From assembly GCF_018350175.1 (NCBI RefSeq), contig NC_058368.1, positions 66,900,001 through 66,964,000 on the forward strand: a stretch of DNA of 64,000 bases, in the 5' to 3' direction. Shown here in pieces: positions 38,310 through 50,295 of the stretch (positions are counted from its first letter, which is position 1; every line of letters starts with the position of its first letter). The notes under the pieces were generated by a model that had not been told where the DNA came from, ran no database searches, and worked only from the letters and a program-made list of their open reading frames with translations. Both the position numbers and the translations under genes were made by a program. The stretch comes from Felis catus (lineage: Eukaryota).

Positions 38310-38870
38310 ACTTTGTGTAAATGGAGTTATATTGTTTTGGGGCAGGCTTAAATTTTTGAGGTCCACCTGTGTCACTGATGTAATTTAATTGCTTTAGTTG
38401 GTGTGGAGTATTTTATCGCATCAGTTTATTCTCTTTTTGCTGTTGATGGGCATTTGGATTATTTCCACTTTGGGGCTACTAGGAATTATACTTCCAGGAA
38501 CGTCCTCGAACACATCTCTTGGAGCACATGTGTGTGGATCACAGGGTATGCAGCTTGAGTAAATGCCATCAAAGTGTTTTCCCAAGTTTTTGCAACATAC
38601 ACTTTTTTATACACACTTTTATATAAGAGTTCCCATTGCTCCAGTGGCACCCCATCGGTAGTCTTTTAAATTTTAGCCGTGCTCATGGGTGTTTTGTGCT
38701 ATGTCACTGTGGTTTTAATTTGCATTTCCCTGGTAACCAATAAGAGTAAGCACTTTTCCAATTATTGGTCACTTGGATATTCTCTTTTGCAAAGTGCCTA
38801 TTTAAGTCTCTTGTCCATTTCTCTAATTGGGCTGTGTTCTTCTTAATGAGCTTTAGGAGTACTTGATGTT
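38310..38870 (-). mobile_element. Old L1M fragment
   Basis: gttgatgggcatttggattatttccactttggggcta; tgtggttttaatttgcatttccctg. Confidence 0.75.
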
Positions 38871-38875
38871 CTTCA

Positions 38876-39053
38876 GCACTGGTTTCTCAATCAGAATCAT
38901 CCGTAGGCCTTGTTAAGACACAGATTACTGGTCCACAGCACCACAGTTTCTGATTCAGTAGATCTGGGATGAGACACAAGAATGTGCATTTCTGACAAGT
39001 TCCCAGGTGATGCTGATGCTCCTGGTCCAGGGACCACACTTTGAGAACCCATG
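38876..39053 (-). mobile_element. MER5A
   Basis: tctgattcagtagatctggga...tgcatttctgacaagttcccaggtgatgctgatgct...ggaccacactttgagaac. Confidence 0.85.
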
Positions 39054-39360
39054 TTCTACAGTGTTTTAATGTAGCAGCAATAAATGTTTCCTGTGAGTTC
39101 AGTGCAAAGTCACCTTCAAACAACAAAAACCTCAACAATTTAATACTTGTTCCAGCCTAGGGCATAAGCTAATACAGTCTCCCTTCCTGGGTGAGAGTAC
39201 ACCTAGGCTTGCCTCAAGGGCCGCCTGAAACCCACCTGTCTACTTAGATTATGTGCTACGTCCAGTTAGCTGAGAGAACCAGTTGATAATGAAGCTATTT
39301 TTTGATCTCTGGAAAACTTGTGGGTTTTCAACAGCAAGAACATGAGTCAGTAATCCCTCC

Positions 39361-39408
39361 AAGAACAAAACACAGATCTCTGAATGGAAATGAAAACGGT
39401 CATTTATT
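39361..39408 (-). terminator. ABCC4 polyadenylation signal and downstream GU-rich element
   Basis: Minus-strand AATAAA at 39408-39403, a CA dinucleotide about 20 nt downstream, then TCTGTGTTTTGTTCTT. Confidence 0.75.
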
Positions 39409-39935
39409 TCAACTGAATTTTGTTTCATTAAAAAAATTCTATGATGACACTGAAATAGAAATAAAATAGAAACATGTTTTTTTTTTAACTGTCCTTAACC
39501 TCTAAAGACCAAATAATCACATACACATTTGCAGTGTCTCCCACTGTTTCAACAAGCCTCATAACTATCACTGTTGCCATTTCAGTGTCATGAAATACTA
39601 TCCATGACTATTAACTTAGTGGCTTACTGAACTAAACATTAACCATATTATTTCTAAATACAAGGAGTCAAATAGCTACTGCACTCAAATGTTGTGTAGT
39701 TTGCCTTGAGTGCTTTTTAAGGCTTGACGCTACAAACCATTTGTTTCTTTCTTTAAAGAGTCTGAAAATCTACAATATGAGAGCATAAATATGAATGTAT
39801 GCAACTTGAGGGTGGTTACACCTTATTCTCGAGGTCACGAGAGTCCAACTTAAAACCACAACAGTAAAACCTCTAGCAATCCGAACTCACATACCACAAA
39901 CACCGTCAAGAAAAGCTAAAGACCCATGGTTCAAA

Positions 39936-40007
39936 TAAAGTGCAGCAGGCCTTAGGAAGTACAGTGGTTTGCTGACTCACTCATCAGAAAGACTTAAACA
40001 AAGTGCT
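39936..40007 (-). promoter_or_regulatory. Two miR-17/20/93/106 family seed matches in the 3' UTR
   Basis: mRNA GCACTTTA (39943-39936) and GCACTTT (40006-40000). Confidence 0.4.
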
Positions 40008-40808
40008 ATTAGTGGTCAGAGGGAAAAGAACCTGGGCAGGTTCATAAAAGGGAGCCTGCTGGATACAGCCTGAGAATACACTGCACAATTACAGCCACTG
40101 TTTGTGATGATTTTCGGTTTTTCTCACCAAGTCAGGAGAGCTCGCACACACAGTGGAGACGGGATTTCAATAAATGCTAAGCCAAAAGGCTTATAGTCAA
40201 TAGTCCGTCTGTTATTAGTAAACCAGAAATCCAAATGAGACTCCTATGCTGTAGTCCAGAATTACAGCTTGTGGTTTGGTCTTTTTTGAAACTATCTCCA
40301 TGATGACGGCAGTTACCATGTCAGAGTCCTGCAAATCTGGAAGATGATCAATGATCACATTTGTGTCCTTCATTATCAAATCACCTACATGGCCATGGCT
40401 CCAATTCTGAGGAAGCATTATTTTCTCTTCCTTGCCTTTCAGAACATATAATTAAATACTGCCCTCCTGTATTTTAAGCATGTATCTTTTTTAGAGGGGG
40501 GTAGACTCTACTATAATGTCACTTAAGATAAAGTTTATTTTTGGTTTTTCCTATTAGATTTAGCTGTACTATTTCAACCAGAGGCCTTTAGGGAGAAGTA
40601 ATGGATCCTAGTTACATTAAAAAAAAAAAAAAGTGGCGAGACAAAATGGCAACTTCACACAGGCTTCAAGTGAATAGAATCCCTGATATAACTGGAAAGT
40701 TATATAGAATTTGGGCCAGTAAAAAAAAAAAAAAGAAAGAAAGAAAGAAAAAAGTCTGTGACAGCTTTGTCTTATGCCTTACAAAATGAGCTCTGGCTCT
40801 GAAGTCTC

Positions 40809-40817
40809 TTAAGGCAC
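40809..40817 (-). promoter_or_regulatory. miR-124/miR-506 8mer seed site in ABCC4 3' UTR
   Basis: The mRNA reads GTGCCTTAA (plus strand TTAAGGCAC). miR-124/506 regulation of human ABCC4 is known. Confidence 0.65.
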
Positions 40818-41081
40818 CAAACCTGGTAGACAGCTTTTACTGGTGTCCTGCACCTGTGATTTGGATAAGAAAAAAAAAAAATACTATAGCATATAAATAA
40901 AAAAATAGTAAATCATCCTGCTAGAGTTTGAAATCATTGGGTGAAGTTGGAGGGGCACTCCAAATAAACACCTTGCACGTGTAAATATTTTTTGCTAGTG
41001 TAAAAAAAGTACAAGAGAACTGACCCAGTACAAAAATTATTAGAAAAATGCCTCTGGAATAGACTTGATGCCGTGGTGCAA

Positions 41082-41189
41082 TCACAGTGCTGTTTCAAAA
41101 ATCGTAAAGGCTGAGGGCTGCCCGTTGGAAGCGTTCAGAGCCACATGGCCATTGTGAGTAAGATCTGGATAGTTCCTTCTGAAGTACAC
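41082..41189 (-). CDS. ABCC4: ABCC4 last exon, coding part ending in PDZ-binding motif ETAL
   Basis: Acceptor tttttttacag|GTG. Translates to [38 protein letters not shown], matching the known MRP4 C-terminus. Confidence 0.97.
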   Translation of the reverse strand: MYFRRNYPDLTHNGHVALNASNGQPSAFTIFETAL

Positions 41190-41342
41190 CTGTAAAAAAA
41201 GAAGAACCACAAAAAAGGTATAAAAAGAACACGTTTAGAGGTTTTCAAGCCCTCCTCCCCAGGTCGATGCATTTCCATGTCTATTTCTTCACGTGAAGTG
41301 AATCACATCACGACTGGAGTAAAGTTTAAAAAAATAGGGGAC

Positions 41343-41560
41343 GGGCTGCCTAGGTGACTCAGTCGATTGAGCGTCCTTCTCTTGGTTTCGGCTCGGATCA
41401 CGATCTCACGGTTCCTGCGTTCAAGCCCCGTGTCAGGCTCTATCAGGCTGCCAGTATGGAGCCTGCTTGGGATTCTCTCTCTCCTTCTCTCTCTGCCCCT
41501 CCCTGCTTGTGTGCATGCTCTCTCTCTCAAACAGACTTAAAAAAATAATGAAAATAAAAA
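41343..41560 (+). mobile_element. Can-SINE about 150 bp upstream of the last-exon acceptor, antisense to ABCC4
   Basis: tRNA-like head, CT-rich segment and A tail. Confidence 0.9.
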
Positions 41561-43642
41561 CAATACCATAAAAAAACAAACAAACCCACAACAGCGATAT
41601 ATTCCTTCTGTGAAGAAAGCAGCCCTATTAATACCCTCGGCAGGGCGGGGGCTTAATGTCAAACAACCTGTAGATCCACTTTGGTTCTGATCGTTCTGAT
41701 TCGTAGATATGTTTTATCACTACATTAAATTGATAAAGCAAAATCATTTTACTGACTCAAAACCTGGAGATAAATTAAAAACAGGGTGACAAAGAGGTTG
41801 GGGAATATAGCGTCTGCACAAGGGTTTCTCATTTTCACACATAAAATGAGCACAATAGATTTGGATGTTAATATCAGGTTGTAATCCCTATATTTTATAA
41901 ACTCTGATTGACAAGCATTGAAATGCTGGCGTATATGTATGAAATATCCCCGCGTTTAATTTGTGCGGCAGAGCAGTTATAGGGCCTATAGAAATGTGAT
42001 CTGTGGATAGTGGGCCACAATAATGAAAAGAGAAGCAAAAGCTTTAACAATGACTCAACCAAGCATCTTCTCTAAAATGTAAGATGATACCAAATAATAG
42101 GACAGTTCTTTGCCAGGCCTTTGAGTTCTTGAATTCTACCAATTTCTAGCTGAACTAGAAGAGATACAGGTTTTCTGATAAATGTATAATCAGAACATAA
42201 AGGGAATGAAATGCTGTCAAGTTTCTCTGTTCCACAATCATCGGTTTTTAGTAGCTGTATCATATCTCGGTTCCTTGACAGATGCGCGTAACAAAATGAA
42301 ATAATGTCAAGACTTGTGAGCTCTTATCTCAAAATGTGTTTGGGTGAAAAAGGACTTCAAATGTAATTTTTTTTTCCCAAAGAAGAATGTGAAAAGTTTT
42401 GTTTGAGTCTTTAAAACAGAAAATGTACCATCTATCTGAGGCTGACACGTGTCATGAGCTGGGTCTCTTAAGTCACACGATTCCGGATCTATTTTACAAC
42501 ACCTGGCTCCAAATATATGTGTGGATGCTATCAACAAAGTTATCATGGGAGAGAAGGGGCTTCACATACAAAAAGGAAAATTGCTGGAACATCTACCTTC
42601 AGATTCAGTGTACTTTCTTTTTCTCTTATTGCTTACAGACTTGCTACTCCAAAACTAATATTACATATGAAATATTGTATATTAAAATGTCACTGAAGGA
42701 GTAAAATGAGGCCTTCCCCAAGAACGTTTGGACTTCACTGGGTGAAATCTGAAGTTATTTCCATTATAACACAAGTATTTAAAAAAATACCTTTGGGGGG
42801 TGTTAATTAAAAAAAATTTAATTTAAAGCTATCCATATTTTGTACAGTTATAGATTTATGCACTCCCAAAAAAGAGGTATCTTGTTGAAACTAAAAACAA
42901 CCAGAAGAATAAAAGTACCTTTTCATTTTCTACTGCTTGGTAGTCCTCTCCAAAAAAGCCAATTCCTTTCCCTATCACTCTCTGAATGTAATTTTTTATA
43001 CAGGAAAGTCATTATCGGCAACGCTTCACTGAAATGGTCTTAGCTTCGTGGTCCGAGACACCTGAAACTAAACCCTGAAAGCGAGCTTCCTGTGTATAAA
43101 ATCCTTGATTTGACCCTTCTTCTCCTCATGTGTTGACACGGCCAGGAATACACTGCAGCTAACAGCACACACGAGAGAGGAGCCCTCCTCTTCCCGGGTT
43201 ACGAAGGGTGCGGGTTATGAAGGCAGTTGGGTGACGGGTCCCCGTGCCGTAGGCTCAGCCTAGGATGGGGAGGTTCATCTCCATCCACTCTTCCTGGGAC
43301 TCACTGTTGACCCTGGAGAAATCACTCAAGCCCTCTCCATACTGGCGGCCTCACCTGTCAGGTGAGACAGTGACTTACCTCATAGGAACTAATTACTGGC
43401 TACAAACTGCAGACTGAAGTGAAGTGGTGGGTGTGATTACGAAGCCACTCCGAGAAGTGGCCCGTTGGTCCACAGAAGGTAGCAGCATCACCCGCTTAAA
43501 TGATGAAAACAAAACAGCTGGGAGGCCCTTTGTGGCTGTTTTGGTTTTATCTTTACAGATCCCCTGAGTTGGAGCCGAGACACCTTTAATTCGGTGAATA
43601 TGGTCACCGGGGAAGCAGAAAGCCAGTTAACAGACTACGAAA

Positions 43643-43845
43643 GGGGGCCCTTGGGTGGCTCAATCGGTTAAGCGGCTCATGATTTCGGCTCAGGTGGTGA
43701 TCTCATGGTCTGTGGGTTCGAGCCCCACGCTGGGCTGACAGTGACACACTGACACACGCTGACAGTGTGGAGCCTGATTGGGATTTTCTCTCTCTCTCTC
43801 TCTCTGCCTCCCTCCTACTCAAAAGAAATAAACTTAAAAAAAAAA
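43643..43845 (+). mobile_element. Can-SINE with internal micro-duplications
   Basis: Body contains gctgacagtgacacactgacacacgctgacagtg; TSD CTAYGAAAG. Confidence 0.9.
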
Positions 43846-45398
43846 GCCTATGAAAGTTGATATTCACTAACTGTTGACTTTGAGCAGGCACTTGGGCTCT
43901 TGGGTGTCAATTCCTCCATTTGTTAAAAGGGGCAGTAATGCCAGCTTAATACAGTTGTGAAGGTTAAAAGGAACAATACCATATAAGTTAAAGATCAGGG
44001 CAAGCAGACTGTATGCCCAGTGAGTTCTGGGCTTCTTGTCCCTCTTCCCCTCTTTCTCTTGGGTCTGGTTCATTACAGTTGCTCTAACGGAGGCTCAAAC
44101 AAGGTGTAGTAATGGATGCTGGCTTGTCAATAAAGCAACCATCAGGGAATTAGATCTTACTAAAAGCAACAGAGCAATAAAAGCTGCCCATGCATGAGTG
44201 AAAGCCAGCAAGTGACCTTTCATTTACATTGCTTCAACATGGTGATTTCTGGCTCCAGACTCTTGCCAGTTCACTCTCACTAAACTGTACGGCCCTAGCT
44301 CAATTCCAGTAACTCTCAAACTCATCTTTACGGCAGGCCTAACTCTGGTTAGGTACACGCTGGCAGGTCTGTTGTTGAGGTTAAAGAGTACCAGAGAGTT
44401 AGAGAAGACCTCTGCTTTTAAGATAACAGAAATGGATTTTTCCCTCCCCTTAATCGTCTCAGAAATCACCCTAAGCAGCAAGGATACCACGAGATAAAAA
44501 AGAAGCCCATCTTTAATGAAATCAGGACTCATCTGAAATCCCAAACGGCAAGATATCCAGATGGGCTGCCATATGCAACTGGATCCAGTGGGGCTGTGGT
44601 AAGACAGAGAGGAAGTAGCTAGTGGAGATCTCAGCAATCATGGGAGAGCACAGTTGTCTGACTAACTGGCAAATTCTAAGGTGAGTCAATGAGGAATGTA
44701 CAGAATCCCCATCTTTGCCTGAAGCATATACACTGATGAGGCCCTAGGAGAAGGGAGATACTGACATGCAAGTAACTGCCCATCTCTGCAGGCTAGGGAG
44801 GAGGACAGGCTAAATGAACATGCATCGTCAATTTCTCTCTCTTATACACACACACACATTCTCTCCCTCTGTCATAAGGAACTTCTACGTTAAGCAGACA
44901 GAATTCCCTTTAGCCTGAAATAATGCCCTAGCCACCATCATCCTATAAAAATATAGTCTAGGAAAAACTCACTTAATTCAAAGATGAGTGGTAGGAATAA
45001 CAACAACAACAACCAACAACATTATAGTAGTAGTACAGGATCTGTAAAATACACAGTGAGGAAAAGGAACAAGATAAGCACATGTCAAATAAATACTCAC
45101 TGAACAAATGGAAATTTTGAAAAAAATATAATGTAATACACTCAAAGAAAATACAGAACAATCAACCTGTGGACAACAGAAATTTGAACGTTTGGAAATG
45201 TGGCACAGCAACACGAGACGATGAAGCAGGAGCTGACTGGGGCCACAAGTGGAATGGAGGAGAACAGGGAAGCATCACAGAAAGGGCAGCTGTGTGAACA
45301 CAGCACAAAGTAGTTCAGCAACCACTGGAGAAACAGGATGAGACGCGGGGGACAGAATTGAGAAAGCAAGCATAATTAGAAGTTAATAAGGAATTAAA

Positions 45399-45625
45399 GG
45401 GGTGCCTGGGTAGCTCCGTCGGTTAAGCGTCTAGACTTCAGCTCAGATCATGATCTCACAGTTCACAAGTTTGAGCCCCACGTTGGGCTCTGGCAGCTCG
45501 GAGCCTGGAGCCTGCTTCGGATTCTGTGTCTCCCTCTCTCTCTGCCCCTCCCCAGCTCGTGCTCTGTCTCTGTCTCTCTCTCTCTCTCAAAAATAAATAA
45601 AATCATTAAAAAAATAAAATAATTA
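45399..45625 (+). mobile_element. Feline Can-SINE
   Basis: Typical head, body and tail. Confidence 0.92.
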
Positions 45626-45972
45626 AAAAGGATCAAGGAGAAAATAGCCTTATAACATAAAGAACAACATATACATGATAGATATGTGTAAAGAGGAGAC
45701 TCCAATCAAAGAGAACTTCAAAGCTACAATTCCAGTAACTTCCAGAAATAAAAGACGTGAAGCTAGGGAACAAAAGGGTACATCATACCCTAGGAAAAAC
45801 TAACAGCCTTCAAAACTGAGAAAGAGTCCTTTGGGCTTCAGGAAAGAAGATCAAGTTAAGTCTAACTTGACCGCTCCATATGAATAAACAATGAGAGAAC
45901 CCTTAGAGCAAAGTTTATAGCATACTAAGTGAAAGAAAGTGGGACCCAAGAATTTTATAGCCAAAGCATTTA

Positions 45973-45988
45973 ATATATATATACTATA

Positions 45989-46027
<39 letters not shown>

Positions 46028-46035
46028 CACACACA

Positions 46036-46082
<47 letters not shown>
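45973..46082. repeat. Compound (TA)n(CA)n microsatellite
   Basis: Read directly from the sequence. Confidence 0.97.
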
Positions 46083-46084
<2 letters not shown>

Positions 46085-46185
46085 AAGTCAGGGGGATTCT
46101 AACTCCAATGAACCCTCCTTTAAGATGGTACAGAGCACTGTTTTCCAACCTTTTGTTTGGACTATCACCCACAATAGTAAGTACA

Positions 46186-46330
46186 TTTTTTTTAACGTTT
46201 ATTTTGAGAGTGAACACGTGCACAAGTGAGCACGTGTGTGCACATGAACAGGAGAAGGACAGAGAGGAGACAGAGAGAATCCCAAGTAGAGCCCAACACA
46301 TGGCCTGATCTCACAAACCATGAGATCAGG
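46186..46330 (-). mobile_element. 5'-truncated Can-SINE
   Basis: Tail and body without the A-box head; TSD AGTAAGTACATTT on both sides. Confidence 0.85.
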
Positions 46331-46436
46331 AGTAAGTACATTTCACATTACATTGAGACTCAGTACAGACCCAAGAAATATTTACTATTACTATGACAGT
46401 TACACTGTTCTTTTCTTTCCATTCCATTCTTTTCTC

Positions 46437-46643
46437 ATTTTTTTAGTTTTATTTTTTTATTTTAGAGAGTATGAAAGGGGGAGAGGGGGAGAGGGACAGA
46501 GGGAGAAAGAGGGATCTTAAGCAGGCTCCACACTCAGTTCAGCATGGAACCCAATGCTGGCCTTAATCTCACGGCCCTGGGATCATGATATGAGCCAAAA
46601 TCAAGAGCTGGATGCTCAACCGACTGAGCCACCTAGGCGCCCC
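46437..46643 (-). mobile_element. Feline Can-SINE
   Basis: Ends ...ccgactgagccacctaggcgcccc. Confidence 0.92.
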
Positions 46644-46798
46644 TCTACCTCATTTCTTAATACATGCAGGTCATGACTGATGAAACAGATTTCATAACTC
46701 CACAACTGGATCACAACCCAAAGTCTGAAAAACAACATACTAGAAGACAGAGTTTAGCCAACTAAGAGAGAAAGTAGCATTTAAAACAAGTAAGCAAT

Positions 46799-47027
46799 GA
46801 GGCGCCTGGGTGGCTCAGTCGGTTGAGCGTCTGACTGTGGCTCAGGTCATGATCTCACGGTCCGTGAGTTCGAGCCCCACATTGGGCTCTGTGCTGACAG
46901 CTCAGAGCCTGGAGCCTGTTTCAGATTCTATGTCTCCTTCTCTCTCTGACCCTCCCCCATTCATGCTCTGTCTCTCTCTGTCTCAAAAATAAATAAATGT
47001 TAAAAAAAAAATTAAAAAAAATAAAAT
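46799..47027 (+). mobile_element. Young feline Can-SINE
   Basis: Near-canonical body with TSD AAGTAAGCAA. Confidence 0.95.
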
Positions 47028-47240
47028 AAGTAAGCAAGTAAAATAATAAAGGTTTAAGTATTTTTAAAGACTTGACAGTAAACAGTATAAGGAAAACTAA
47101 ACAACAAAAATCTGGTGGGAGCACAGGGAGAGAGGGAAGAGATGTTGTCATTGTTCATAATGGGGAATCAATAATAATAAAGTGTTCCCAGGAGAAATGG
47201 AAGGTACACACATAAAACAATGAGCAAAGAAAAATAAATA

Positions 47241-47350
47241 GAGGCACCTGGCTGGCTTAGTCAGTAGAGATTGAGACTCTTGATCTTGGGGTTGTGTTCC
47301 AGCCTCATGTTGGGTAGAGATCAATTAATTTTTTTTAATCTTAAAAAAAA
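47241..47350 (+). mobile_element. Short tRNA-like carnivore SINE
   Basis: gaggcacctggctggcttagtcagtagag...actcttgatcttggggttg. Confidence 0.8.
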
Positions 47351-48163
47351 TACATACTAATTAAAAGGTTAAAAAAAAGGAACACTAAAAGTTGAAAACA
47401 TAATAGAAGTATGGTGATTCTCAATAAATGTAAATGGACTAAACTCATCTGTTAAAAGAAGGAGGACTAAGATTAAATCTCAGAGCTAACTGAACTATAT
47501 GCCATTTACAGGGAATATTTCTGTAATCTGATACTAAAAGACTAAGATATACCAGGTGAATGAAAACAAAGGGAAAAGCAGGAGACTCAACTGAAATTTT
47601 GAACCAGCTTGGCTGCATTCAGGGCCAGGTGCATTAAATGAAGCCAAGAAAGAAAAGCACTTTAAAATAGAAGAAAATATAATTCACAGTGAAGACCCAA
47701 GTCAAGAATATCTGTGGACTAAAAAATGAGAACATAAAAATTAAAAACCAAAATGACAAGCAAAGCAAAAATGACAAGAACTATAACGTGAAAGGTTGTA
47801 ATAATATAAGACTAACATAATGTGTCACATCAAATGGACCAAAATAAGAAGATCTAAATAATTACTAAAGTAAATCTAATTAAAAGTCATTAAATGCTAT
47901 ACTGTAAACAAACACTAGTCCATCTTTTTAAACACGCGAAAAACATTCACAAAAGGTGACTATGCACTAGAACACAAGAAAAGTATTAACAAATACTGTT
48001 TCTGGGTGGAAACAGCATCTCTATGATCACAAGGCAATGCAAATCAACACTGATGAGTAAACTAGAAAACATTAAAAAAAAAAACAAACCCCCACCACCA
48101 GGAAGTTTTAAAGGCCCCTTTCTCAATTTTTGAGCCAAAGAGAAAATTGAAAATAAAATTTTA

Positions 48164-48374
48164 GGGGCGCCTGGGTGGTCAGTCAGTTAAGTGTCCAACT
48201 TTGACTCAGGTCATGATCTCACGGTTCATGGGTTCAAGCCCCACATCGGGCTCTGTGCTGACAGCTCAGAGCCTGAAGCCTGCTTTGGATTCTGTGTCTC
48301 CCTCTCTCTCTCTCTCTCTGCTCCTCCCCCACTCATGCTCTGTCTCTCTCTAAAAAATTTAAAAAAAAAAAAAA
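48164..48374 (+). mobile_element. Feline Can-SINE
   Basis: Typical body with TSD GAAAAYAAAAYTTTAG. Confidence 0.93.
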
Positions 48375-48766
48375 GAAAACAAAACTTTAGATTTGTATTT
48401 GAAAACTTAACTACGACAAAAGCACTGCATACCAGAACCAGTAGCGTATAGCATAGCATATAGCTATAACAGTCTTCTGAGAAAAGTTGACTGCCTTAAA
48501 ATATTTATATTAATGAACAAGAACGAGTGAAAACAAATGCATTCAAGAAACCACAATAAAATAAACCAAAGACGGTATTAACACATATAAAAGCAGAAAG
48601 TGATAAACTGGAACACAGAGTACAAGAATCAGTAAGTAAATCTACCAGCTCATTCTTTGGGAAAAGAAAACTAAACTGTAACAACTTAATTAGAAGGAAA
48701 AAATGGGGAGAAGAGAGTGGAGAAAGCATAAATACTGTGTAGCCATTAAAATGAATGACATAACCA

Positions 48767-49175
48767 GGGGCGCCTGGGTGGCTCAGTCGATTAAGCGTCT
48801 GACTCTTGATTTTGGCTCAGGTCATGATCTCACGGTTTCTGAGTTCAAGCCCCACATCAGGGCCTCCGTGGGATTCTCTCTCTCTTTCTCTCTGTTCTTC
48901 CCCCACTTGTGCTTTCTTTCTCAAAACAAATCAACTTTTAAAAAAAGATAATTATATTGGGGCGCCTGGGTGGCTCAGTCGGTTAGGCGTCCGACTTCAG
49001 CTCAGGTCACGATCTTGCAGTCCATGAGTTCGAGCCCCGCGTCAGGCTCTGGGCTGATGGCTCAGAGCCTGAGCCTACTTCCGATTCTGTCTCCCTCTCT
49101 CTCTGCCCCTCCCCCATTCATGCTCTGTCTCTGTCTTAAAAATAAATAAAAACATTTAAAAAAAATTAAAAAAAA
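48767..49175 (+). mobile_element. Two tandem Can-SINEs (48767-48946 and 48959-49175)
   Basis: Two heads. The second copy is flanked by AAAAAAAGATAATTATAT, so it inserted at the tail of the first. Confidence 0.93.
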
Positions 49176-49930
49176 GATAATTATATGCATTGATATGAGA
49201 TACATTAATTGAAAGAAGAAACAGCTGTCACTTGTGCTCACAAAACAGAAAGTATATATGCACAAGTCTGTGTTGACAAATGGGCTGTATCAGCAGAAGG
49301 GTCAACACAGGTGTCAGGGCTCTGTCCTGAAGAGTGGGTGGATGACTTACCTTTTATTTATAAGCTAAAACAATCATTTTAAAAAACTGTGAAGTTTTTG
49401 AGTTTTATAGCATTAGTTTATAGCATCTGTTAAAAAAAAACTTACTACTAAAAACAAATTTAGAGTCTCTAAAGCTTATCTAGAAGAACTTTGGGTACTT
49501 CATTTGTTATTTTAGGGAGGTAATGGTTCAATCCACAGCCTTTAAAAAACCAATCCCCTTTCGTTGTTGAGACGGAAAACTCTTGTATTTGTAAAAGGCT
49601 CTGCATTCTTCAAAGCAGGTAAGCATGCAGTGTCTCATCTGATCCCTGTAGCCAGGCCTTGCTGTAACCCCAGCACAAGTGAGGACCGGGCAGCTCAGAG
49701 ACCTCAGGAGACATACGGGGCCATGGGGCTGCTAAGCGTTTCTACCAATTCAAACTGGTCCAGGCTCCTAGAACATAGGATTATCAGGATTTCCTAACTT
49801 TGGGGTTACAGCTGGTGATTTCACCAATAGATAAAATGGCACCTGTTATATACTGGGAACAAAGGAACTCCAAAAAACCTCAATTAGGTCTGCTTCATCA
49901 TGGAGGAAAATGAATGACAAGATTCACCTC

Positions 49931-50295
49931 GGTTATGGGCTGAACTGTGTTCCCTCGAGATTTGTATGTTGAAGTCCTAAGCCTTCAGTGTCTCAGAATG
50001 TGATTGTATGTGGAGATAGGGTCAGTTAAGTTAAAATGAGGTCACAGAGGTGGGTCCTAATCTAATCTGACTGGTGCCCTCAGTTTAGCACTCAGGCACA
50101 CACAGAGGGCAGACCACACTAAGACAAAGAAGATGGTCATCGACAAGCCAAGGAGCGATATTTCAGAGGAAACCAACCCTGTCGATACCTTGATTTCAAA
50201 ACTCCAGCTACCAGAACCATGAGGAACAAATTGCTGTGGTTTTAAGACACCTATTCTGTATACTTTGATGGGGTAGCCCCTAGAAGACTAACACA
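49931..50295 (+). mobile_element. MLT1B-like MaLR LTR
   Basis: gttatgggctgaactgtgttccc...tatgttgaagtcctaa...ctcagaatgtga...gactaacaca. Confidence 0.85.

Larger units (their letters stand above)
39382..41081 (-). other. ABCC4: ABCC4 3' UTR (~1.7 kb; 3' end inferred)
   Basis: AT-rich sequence without obvious interspersed repeats, running from the stop codon to an AATAAA followed by a GU/U-rich element. Confidence 0.75.
45630..48760 (+). mobile_element. Ancient degraded L1 (ORF1/ORF2 junction region) broken by several SINEs
   Basis: A-rich plus strand. 47420-47458 translates to SINVNGLNSSVKR, the L1 endonuclease N-terminal NVNGLN motif. Confidence 0.6.

Noticed and set aside
44224..44637. 137-aa intronic ORF
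   Set aside because: No recognisable homology or convincing splice context.
8955..47350. tRNA-Lys-like sequences at 8955, 19756, 35673 and 47241 as tRNA genes
   Set aside because: They are diverged and carry A tails, most with visible TSDs: retroposed SINEs.
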